Below are positions 52,459 to 63,177 of a DNA stretch of 64,000 nt, piece by piece. The stretch is from Dimorphilus gyrociliatus. Taxonomy: Eukaryota > Animalia > Annelida. The notes under the pieces were generated by a model. That model did no database searches and was not told where the DNA came from. It saw only the letters and a list, made by a program, of their open reading frames with translations. The stretch lies in assembly GCA_904063045.1 (NCBI GenBank), contig CAJFCJ010000036.1, positions 62,001-126,000 of the forward strand, given 5' to 3'. The position numbers and the translations under genes were made by a program. Position 1 is the first letter of the stretch. The number at the start of each line of letters is the position of its first letter.

Positions 52459-55400
52459 ATGAGCATGATGATTGTATTGTTAAATATTCTCCTTCTACAT
52501 TTATCTTATTGTTTTGTTTTAGATAATGATATTCATAAATATGCGATTCAAAATTGTCCAGAAAATTTTGAAAATTTATCTATAAATATCAATCATTTTC
52601 ATTTATTCAAATATAAAATTCAAATTACTCATAATTCATCAACTTCTGTTTATGGAAGGTTAAGCGTCTATTTTAAACGATTAAACGCTACTTATACTAT
52701 TGCTTTTGCTCCCTTTCTACCAACAAACTATTATAAGAAAATATGCATAAATCTAGGATACGATGATTTTCATTTTCATGCTGAAATTTGTCCTTTATTG
52801 AATGCTAAATGTAGGTCAAAAGAGAATACATAACAGCTTTTACCTTTTGGCATATCTTGCTCTATTAGATGATAATAAACGATTGACGTCGGATATTTTT
52901 ATAAAAAACCAATCGGGGCAGCCATGTTGTTTTTTGTGAATATTTTTGAATTATTTTTTTGAATATATTTTTGGTTTTTCTTTTCCTTTTTCAGCTTTAA
53001 ATATTTATATAGACAATCTACCAAGGTCATGAATCAATTTTGTATAAAATGCTTTAAATCAACAAATCCTTGTTTGTTTCTATTAATGTATCTCCTTGGC
53101 AACTGTATTCACCTAATTTTCTCTTATCTTTTTTCCTCTTTAGATCTCTTTGCGTATAAAATAACTAATAAGATAGACGATGACTATTCAATAATGATTA
53201 GAAGGCGTCTGATAAATTATCAAGTACTCGCCTCAATTGACGACAAGGAGACGCTTTGTAAAAATGTTGAATTTTTCAAGAATACAATGATAAACGTATC
53301 GAAAGAAAGTTTATCTATCAAGTTGAATAATAGCACTAATAGTTCATTGCTAATTGGTGACGTAATTAATCCTAATGACGTCACAATCGCTTGCTCTATA
53401 GTTGATATGAGAGGTATAAATTTAACAAATTTAAAAAATGATTAAGTTTATCCGCCATTTTGGTTTTTCAGATTTTAAAATAAAACATATGGTTTACAAT
53501 TATGCGCAAAATATTGTAAAATATCTCTCCAGTTATATTATACCAATGGTCTACTCGAAAACTTATGGCCATTTTCCCCTAGCGTTTCATTTCGTAACTA
53601 ATCCCCGAAGATATTACTCAATGGTTTGTGCTGAATTGTCAACAATAGTATCACACGTCAGACCTTTGCTTTTGGAAAATATTTGGGAAATTCCAGTAGA
53701 ACATTTCTGTTATTCCAATTAGAACTAGTGCATTTAATTCGTTTTTCATTCTGCTTCCTCGAATAGAAAGAAAATTGCTTTAACGGAATAAATATCAATT
53801 TTCAACAAAAAAAACCGCGTATTATATTCGAAAATTGTACTGGAGAATTGAAATATTTTGGCGGATGTAGCCCTACATTCGAAAAGAAAAGTTACATATT
53901 TTACGTGGTACATTGTAAGTCTATAAAGGAATATTATAAGGAGAACACAATACTTTTAATGAGCGCACATGGCACTTTCCATTCCCTTAATTACTGGGAA
54001 AACAAGGCTGCAAAAATCATTTCAGGGGTTGCTGGAATATTTAAAGGTAACTCCATCTATACTCTATGTCCTTTATATCTCCGAACAAAAGCTGTAAAAC
54101 TCATCTGCCAAGCAATGGGCTTCGAAGATGGAACGTTAATATTCGAACCTGGCTTCGTAAAGATATACGATCCTATCGTCGAATACGGAATTAAATGTTC
54201 CAAAGAGGATAAGACTATAAACGATTGCGAAATTGTCGACAAATGCCCTATGCTTTTTATACCTAATACAATAAAGTTTAGTAGGCCTAACTGAAATCTA
54301 TCTATTAATAGAATTTCTCTTTTAGGGAGTACATTGAATATTTTTGGAAAATTAAAAGCGAAGCAAGAATTTTATGCCACTATTACAAATATACAGGTGC
54401 ATAAATAACTTTCAATTATAAATAGGCCTATATCTACATATATCTTTCTTCAGATTGTAGGACGGAAGAAGCGTTTAAATACGATCATATTTGTTATATA
54501 ATTTATCAGAGTAAAAAATATATTACAGCTAATGAAGCTAATGAAAATTGCCTTAAAAGGAATATGACGTTAGCTAATTTTATGTTTTCAAGACAATTCG
54601 GAGTTCTTCTTACTATCATTAAAATACATAATTTTTTACTAAAAGTTCGTAATAATCTAACTGATTTACCAATAGGAACAATTGTACCCTTTAGTATGGT
54701 TTTCTTTTCACACTTCCATTTTTAAACTAGACCTATATATCTCTTTATTTTTGCTAAATTATAGAATTTCATATGGTGAACAATTCGAGGAATGAAAGTT
54801 TTCGAGTTTCTTCGCAGAATATTCCTATGTTAATTGTTGATAAAATCAAATACGAAATGAGGTTTGTAGACTGGTTCAACCGTCTATTATTCTATTATCG
54901 TTCGTTTATAGGAAACAATTCTGTGATTTACTTTGGACAATAAAAAAAGATGATGCATTATCTTTGTTCCATTCTCAAAATGGCGATTGCTTTAGTTTAG
55001 GTGAAAATTCCGACTTAATTTCCATTAGTGATTATGACATCAGTAGAATGATATATCAAAGTATACCATGCTTTAAAGCCAAATTTAAACATTTCATTTG
55101 TATTGAAAGTTTGTTATTGACAAACAATTTCAAAAAATATATCTAACGTAACATTCTTTTTTTAAGAGCAATTTCATTCCGATATTTATAAATTACGTAA
55201 TACCATCTTAGCGATAAACATTTCAGTTTGTCCTCCGAATTCGTTTTTATGCGTAGAAAATGAAATTTGTACAAATTCCATAAACGTTTGTAACGGATAT
55301 GAAGATTGTCCTTCGGGAGAAGATGAGAAAAATTGTTCATTCGTTCAATTCTTTAAATGTTCAAACGGATATTCAATTGTTTATCAACGAGTTTGCAATT

Positions 55401-58400
55401 TCGTAAACGACTGTCCGGACAATGAGGATGAACTTTTGTGCGGTAGAGGTTTCAAATTTTAATCAGTTCGCGTCGATTGACGATTGCCTAATACATTTCT
55501 TAGAAAGAAAACCTTGCAATAACGACCAATCTTTGTAATTTATCTTCCATAACTTAAACACTTATCCACTACTCAATGTATTCTATTTATAGACAATGCG
55601 AAAATGGACAGTGTATTAAAAATCAGCACTTCTGCGATCAAGAAAAAAATTGTTTTGATTTATCAGATGAAAAATGCTATTTAAACAAAACTGGTAAATA
55701 AATTAAAGGAAAACAACATTCTAAAACAACAAAAAGGGTCTTTTTTTAAAAAAAAATAGTTTGTCAACAATCACCTTCAAATTTATTTTGCGATGGTCGA
55801 TGTATAACTTCACAAGAACAATGTGATTTTAAAGCAGACTGTGCAGACGCTTCTGATGAAATATTTCCAAAATGTCGTGAATACTGCTTTGATGAAAAGT
55901 GGAAAGTGATCACTCAGTTAGTTAAATATAATCAATACTTACATGGAAACAAAATTGAATATTCAAAAATTGAAATCTAGAAAAGGATACTGCATTGCAA
56001 ATTTCACTTCTACAGGAAGATTAACATCTCATTTACATCTATTTGATGAATTATATGGCAATGATTGTCCTCCATGCAAAATCGGACAATACTCTTGTAA
56101 TGTTTTCAAATATTGTATATCTCTTCAACAGATTTGCGATAATATTAATCATTGTTACTTTGGTGATGATGAGATCAACTGTGGTAAGATAGATGTAGTG
56201 GTCCTCTCTGTTCATCTCTATGCATTCAATCAATCACTTCTTCCCTCTTTCGTTCAGTGATTCTCTTATCCCTTTCTTTCGCACATTCCTCAGCTTTTGT
56301 TTTAACTTTTGCTTCTACGTTTCCTTCATTCAATCGTCTAATCGTCGATTGTTTGTTTATAGAAAAGTACAAACCAAGGGGATTTTTTAAATGTTCAAAA
56401 GAAGAGAATTATTACATAAACATTACGAATGTTTGCGACGGAATAGTCAACTGTTTGGATGGAAGTGACGAATTGTTTTGTTTCGATCAGTTTACTTGCG
56501 CAACAAACTGCAGTTGTCGGCCATTTTACGTGATGAACTGTACTACTACTGTTAGTCGGGATTTTCGTATTTTCGACCATAAGAAAGTGATTGTAGACGG
56601 TTTGAGAGATTTCGCAAAGCCAACAACGCAATCGTTTCACTTGACCTTCTTGCAAATTACAAATTGTTTGTCATTTTCCACTTTTGAGGTTTCCGCCTTT
56701 TTCCCCAACGTTTTCTATTTGGATTTTGAAAATAACAAGATAGAATCTGTTTCGGGTCTGTTAAAGGGACGTTTGCTGTTGCTTCAGCACCTGAGAATTG
56801 GGCGGAATCCTTTGCGGTTGGAAGAAGACTTTGAATTTCCAGAGTATTCTTCAATATCCATCTTGGATTTGTCTTATACGAAAGTGGTCAGTTTGCGGAG
56901 GGGGACTTTGAAGAATGTGAAAACCTTGAAGGTTCTTGTAATGAAAGGCTGCCGGCTAAGGGAAATAGAAGAGAATGTTTTCTCGTCGACCCCAAACCTA
57001 AAAGAGTTGCATCTGAACGGAACGTCGATCCGAAGCGATGCGGTGAATTCAAAATTAATGAACAATTTTGAAAATGTGGAAAAGATTTTCTCGAAAAGTT
57101 TCAAATTATGTTGTTTGTCATGGAAATTGTTGCGCAACATTAAACATTGTCTCCCCAGTGAAATGCTTATCAATTCTTGTACAGATCTACTTGGAACAAG
57201 AACAATTAGAATCATCATTTGGACATTCGCAATTCTCTCATTAATTGCAAATTTTTGTAGTTTAGTTTTGATTATGTTACAGGAAGAGACAGATGGGAAA
57301 GTGTTAAGGATTTGTGTATCATTGGGTTATTTATGTACTGGTTCATATCTATTGTTGTTGGGAATTAGTGATGTCATTTTAGAAGGTACATTCGAATCAC
57401 TAACGGATGAATGGAAACGAAGTAGTCTTTGTAAAATATTACAAAGTGTTGCCAATTTTTCTATAGTATTTCCTCAATTATGCTTTCTGGTTGAATTACA
57501 TTTGAATTTTCAAATGACAACGAAATTAGCAATCGAAAGGGGGGATATGAGATATTTAAAGACGTACTCAATTTTTGGAATATTACTTATTTCCATTACT
57601 ATTTGTATTTGTCATAATTTTATATTTTCAGTTAATTTTATTCAAATTTAAATTTATATAAAATATTATAAGCGTTTGTCTTTTTCCCAAATTAAACAGG
57701 TGTCCTATTCCAATCTATGTTTTTTATTTAACCCGATAAAGGAAGAATTTTCCGGCTGGATATTTAATATAATATCAATTCTAGTGTTAAATATTTCATG
57801 TACAACATTAGATGTTTATTTACTATATTCAATATTTAAAAAGAAACTATCAAAAATGAATGAAAAGTCATTAATGTCAAAGAATAAATATCTCAGTATA
57901 AAGCGAGGAAATATTTTAGTCCTCATATTAAAATCTTTATGTATTTTATTTATTTTTTTAATTGGGTTCTTTCTATCCAGTGAAATGGCTAGTTAATTAA
58001 GAGTTTTAATAGTTAAATATTCAAAAATATTTTGTTTTTATTCAAATAGATTACAAGAGACAGTTATATTATTCTTACTGGAATGTTATTGTTTCTCCTA
58101 TCTACTATTCATCCAGTTTTTTTCATAATTGAAAAAATTTCCTTTGTTATTTACCAAAAAGGAATTTTAAATGAATTTAAAAAGTAAAATTTAAACAAAT
58201 TTGTTGTTTTATTAACTAAATCATATTTTGTAATATTTCCTAGAATGAAACTAATGGAAGAATGTAAACAATTGAATTTTACAAAAAGTAAATAACTCTT
58301 TTCTTCTTTCTATCCATCTTTTTGAATATTCAAGACTTTTTTTTTTAGTTTCGGAATTTATTGAAAATAGTAGTAAAAATAATCTCCTGTGCAGTTGTAA

Positions 58401-58778
58401 TCATTCAAAACACGATAATATAAAACTGGAAAACAAATATTTCCCCATTGGAAACGTTCTAAAATGTTCAAAAGATATGGCAAACATTTTAATATTTTGT
58501 CATTTGAATGAAATATCATTGGATGGAAATTTTTCTATGGAATCATTATTTTATTATGTAAACGATTTAAATATATTTGAATATTTAAATTTTATACTGT
58601 TTTCTCCCCATCCTCTAAACAGACAAAGAAATCTGGCAAAAGATTGATTCATGAATATTCAATCGAATTTTCAAATTTCAATTATTTATCGAGTTCAAGT
58701 GAACATTTAGACATTCTTTCTTATGGTAAAATGTTTGAAGAAATCATAGAGAAAAATTCCTCTTATTTCATTAAGTAA
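52459..58778 (+). CDS. Receptor B: GRL101/LGR-like paralogue (SRCR-like, CTL-like, LDLa, LRR, divergent 7TM, pseudokinase)
   Basis: Signal MSMMIVLLNILLLHLSYC; KICINLGY and LICQAMGF modules; CTL-like exon ~54455; LDLa exons 55240-56183; LRR/TM exon 56363-57630; TM5-7; phase-2 intron 58184-58243 leads into kinase-fold exons (LKCSKD..FCH..SLDG; DILSYGKMF). Confidence 0.86.
56162..57248 (+). repeat. Right arm of 1,087-bp inverted repeat
   Basis: Matches the reverse complement of 47295-48381; mismatches seen at 56193 and 56204; identity stops abruptly after TTAATTGC in TM1. Confidence 0.95.
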
Positions 58779-59149
58779 ATCAAGATTAAATTTCATGAAT
58801 AATACATATTTTTTTAGTTTTTTTTTACTGTACAAAGTGATTAATTCACTGACAATTTGTGTTTTATGCTGCTATACATTGTATAGGAATCATCTATTTA
58901 TAGAAACAATGGATATATGTAATTAAGCACAAAATTTACGTTAATACAATATGTTTGAACATAATTCAAATAGCAAATATTTCTTCAATCATAGCTGCAA
59001 AATGTAAAATGTCTTTTTCATAATTTTCCATATCTTTCATGACAATATTCTTGATTGGAAAAACAATTGATCTACAAAGACCTACTCTCTTTTGGTTAAG
59101 TTTCAAGAAATATTCTAATTAATAAAAAAATTAATAATGAATAATTATT

Positions 59150-59990
59150 TTATTATTGTTTGTCAAAATATTTAAATAGTTTACTAAAAACATTAAATTG
59201 GTTTGTGAGCACAATAAATTACAAATGTCAAAAAATCCATTTCCGAAATATCTGAAATGCCACTTTAAATATTTTTATTCCAAATAATGATATACAATGA
59301 TTTCCAATTAGGTCACATTCTGAAAAGTTTAGACATTTTAATGTGTTTGTTGATTAGCAAAAATTTCAACTTTTGAACCATTTATCAATAGCTATTCAAT
59401 AACTGTACATTCAATACATTCAAGTTTTCTTAGATTACAATTACTTAAATTGAAAGATTTTAACCTTTTTTTTTGACTTTCAAGTCCACTACATATTTCT
59501 AATAATCCATTATCACTCATTGTTAAATTAATTGTCAGTTTAATTAATTCTATTCTGGAGCATTCTTTAGCGTATTTCCAATCATTTTACAATCATTTGC
59601 TAAAAGTTAACAATCTTTCAATTTAAGTTGTTTTAAATAATTTGATGATAGGGCGAGCCCATTATAAATCTCTACTAATCCACTTCCCACATTTGGATTG
59701 CCACTTAAATCCATAATTTAAATAAATAATATACAAATATTCTCAAGGTTATGAGTTCTACAATGCAATGAACACTCTTTATTATGTGTTACACATGTAT
59801 TCTTATTGAATTGTAGCTGTTGGCACGAATTTAAGGGGAAATTCTTGCAAAATGTTTAATTTTACCTTCTGATAATTTCATTTGTCGTCTGCAAGAGGAT
59901 AACTAATTTGCATATTACGAATATGTAATTTTTTTAAATATCAAAGACAAAATGAATGCTGACAGTTCAAAACTCCATGATTCTTTCCAA
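59150..59990 (-). pseudogene. RING + B-box + ribonuclease-inhibitor-type LRR relic
   Basis: VLNCQHSFCL*YLKK..QISYPL/CR (RING), TCVTHNK..HCRTH (B-box-like), LSGNPNVGSGLVEIYNGL..LKQLKLKDC and MSDNGLLEICSGL..NLSNCNL (RI-like LRR); many stops. Confidence 0.62.
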
Positions 59991-60710
59991 CCAATGATTC
60001 GTTAAGTTTCCACTGACATATCCTTTAACTGTCGAATGAGCAGTATCAGAACGAATCTAATTTGAAATTCTCTACATATACAGAGTCTTGTATAATGATC
60101 GATAATAAAAGCGGCCATGATTCGTGAAGAAATTCAAACCTGACTGTTTGTTTATTACTATGTCAACTTAGAGAAGAACTGACTAGAGAATAAATTGATT
60201 TGAATTTATTTTTGGAACATGATTCATTATTATAACAAAACCTATAATGCCAATTAATTAGATATTTAGCAATGTTATAACTAATCTAAATGGTGTAACC
60301 ACAGTGTCATTAGTTGAAAAATACCAGTGATTATATATAAACACAGCTATGAAGAGCAAAAAACAATTGTTTAGTTTAGGTCAATGAACTTGAATATATC
60401 ATTGCAAGTACACAATGCTAATTGAATTCTGTGGAAATTGAAACAAAAAGGATGCACATATAGTTTCTTAGACGGGAAAAAATGTTATATATTATAAATT
60501 TAACAATTTCTATTCAACAATTCTTATTTGGATTGGGGAAAATTTTATCAAAATGCTGGCCAAACTCTTGAAAGTGCTGTTATAATTGTAAATATAAAGA
60601 ATTTTTTGACAAACTATACTTAAAAGTAATTATTTGTGTTTTCAATTTAATTCTGGTTTGTATAAATATTGTTAAATTATATATACCAATCGAGAGAATC
60701 TGTTTATTAG

Positions 60711-61516
60711 ATTCTTCTTTGATAACCAGATCAGGAGGATCGAGTAGTGGATTCACAGTTTTCCTAAATACTAGAAAGAACGATTATATTTGAGCAACAA
60801 CCTTATCTACTGGATTTAGGGTGAGTACTTTTTAAAATTTACTTTCAAAATTAAATAAATTAATAAACAGGTTCTTATTCATAATTCAAAAGATCATCCG
60901 GAAATGATAGAGAAAGGTATTAAAGTCATCTTTGGAAGGGAATACCTTTTGTCAACAACTTTGGAAGTTACAAACTTTCTTAATAAGCCATATGGAGATT
61001 GTAATCAAGATAGAAACTATAGACTTCTATAGTCATTGTTCTATTGCAATTTTTTTCAAATTATGTAGAAAAGCAATGCAAATGTATTTCACCGGAAATG
61101 AAGAAAAGTATGTATGGTTTATTTGTTTGTTTTTTGGTTATTTTTTTAAATTTAAAGTATTCAAATTAGAAAAGAAAGATACAATTGTTTGTGCTCCATT
61201 CAATTTGGTATGCATTAAGAAGAAAACAGCTATTTATATTGGAAATGAGATATTTACTCATTGCAATTGTCGGAATCAATGCTACAATTCTCAATATCAT
61301 ATTCGTCTTTCGTCGTCTGAATTTCGAAATGATTTGAAGCAAATATTAGGCTCTGAACAGTTTAATCCTGATAATATACTTATTGTTAATGTCTTCTTTT
61401 CATCAATGATCTCCGATATAACCACTGAAAAACCAGGTATGGCTGACTCTTTTGTCAGATGTTGGTGGTGCATTTGGACTTGTTTTGGGTGCTTACTGAA
61501 TTTTTTGATTTTCTAA
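60711..61516 (+). pseudogene. DEG/ENaC (ASIC-like) channel pseudogene, C-terminal half
   Basis: SSGFTVFLN..TGFR/VLIHNSKDHPEMIEKGIKV..NKPYGDC; CNCRNQC..Y..RLSSS; IVNVFF..TEKP; after a frameshift LLSDVGGAFGLVLGA (TM2). In-frame TGA at 60791 and several frameshifts. Confidence 0.8.
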
Positions 61517-63177
61517 GTGATACAATCATTCATATTCTATTCAAACATATGTTACGGTAGCAGTTGAGTAGTATGTATTTTCTGATACTATAAAAATATT
61601 TCAGGATACCTATTCTCTGGAAAAATTCCAATTGTTTGAAATAGTAGGGAGGTAAATAATGGATGAATCACGCAGAAGAGACCTACTCATGCTAGAGTAA
61701 AGTGAAAAAAACCAGGATATTTAATCCATGAGGAAAGGCAGCAACTATTAGTTAAGATAGATAAGAAATCCATTTCCCTAATACTAGATCCTAAGTTCTT
61801 TTCATTTTGCTTTCCCTAAAGTAAATTAGAGCTAAAAGAAATTTTAAAGTTTCCGAAACTTGAAAAAGTGCCTCATCTCTCTCTCTCTCTCTGCAAAGTT
61901 GGACCTCTCAACATGTTTACCTGCAATCCTTTTGCAGCATCATTCTCTTATTAAAATTTTCTACTAGTTGATTGTGCTTTTGCTAATTGAAATATTATTG
62001 TTTTTTCTTTTTAATACAGTAACATCTCTGTTTGAAATGTGTTTAACAAAGTCAGTTTTCTTCTTTCTGAACTTGATTATCAATGTAGTTATGGTACAGC
62101 TAATCCTCAGTAATGTCCAAATGGACTTTTTTTTATAATATAATATATTCCAATCAAATTATATGCACACTAAGAGTTCTGAAACAAATGACGTTGACTG
62201 TCCTGGAGAAGTACTTTGAATTGTCATTGACTCATATTCAGCTGATGTCTTAGAATACATTACAGAAATCATGTGATAGCTGTAAAGTTAGTCAAAATGG
62301 AAAATATCGTTCTATTTAGAAAATGTTAAATATTGATGAAATAGTACATTACGCAAACTCTTCTAAAAACAAAAATATCGCTACTTTTCATTGTTACTCT
62401 GCTAATAATAAGAAATATAAATGCAAAATTCACAGAATGTTTTATTAAGATATTTTTCAAGACAAAATTACTAATAGAATTTATAAATCACGTGACTAAA
62501 AGTTCAAAAGATATATCATTCAACGGAGATTTTTACGTCATAACTCTTATACATTTTCTAAATTGTTGCGGGCACGAATTTCTATAAAAGGAATATTTAG
62601 CTATTCAAATATTCTTTCTATATAGAACGGTGTGCACAAACTTATGAGTCATTGAATGATCGTGACTAGTGTGGGAAAGCCCTCCCCCCCTCTCTCTCTC
62701 TATTCATCTGACTCGTCAGAATAAGGCGTGTGAGTCACATGAACGATTTTTATACAACTGACAAGTCGAAAACGAATCAAACTATAACAAGCGTTGGTAA
62801 GTGAATGTTTATTATTCAAACTTCTCCAGTTAATTTATCTATTAATTAATTGATTAGTAAATTATTAAGAATAGAATATCTATCTTAATAGAACTAATAG
62901 AATATATAATTCTAAATGTTTGAAATTTAATAGTAAAAGCAGGAAATTCGAATTTACATAGGAAAGACAACAAGGCTTTCTACACCATATTTTTAATAAA
63001 TTTAGAGATAATTTATTCTGATAACAGCGACTTCCGGTCAATACTGTTTTGAAATCTTTTTTTATACAACCAGAGGTGTTTTATTCAAAGTACTTTTTTT
63101 ACAGTATCTCTAACATTTTAAAACTAGAAATTCAACAATTAAATTTCTATTTTCAATTCTTTTACAGAGTGCCGACA

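Noticed and set aside
61900-62300. Possible Ser/Thr-rich plus transmembrane exon relic on the minus strand
   Set aside because: No consistent frame or identifiable domain.
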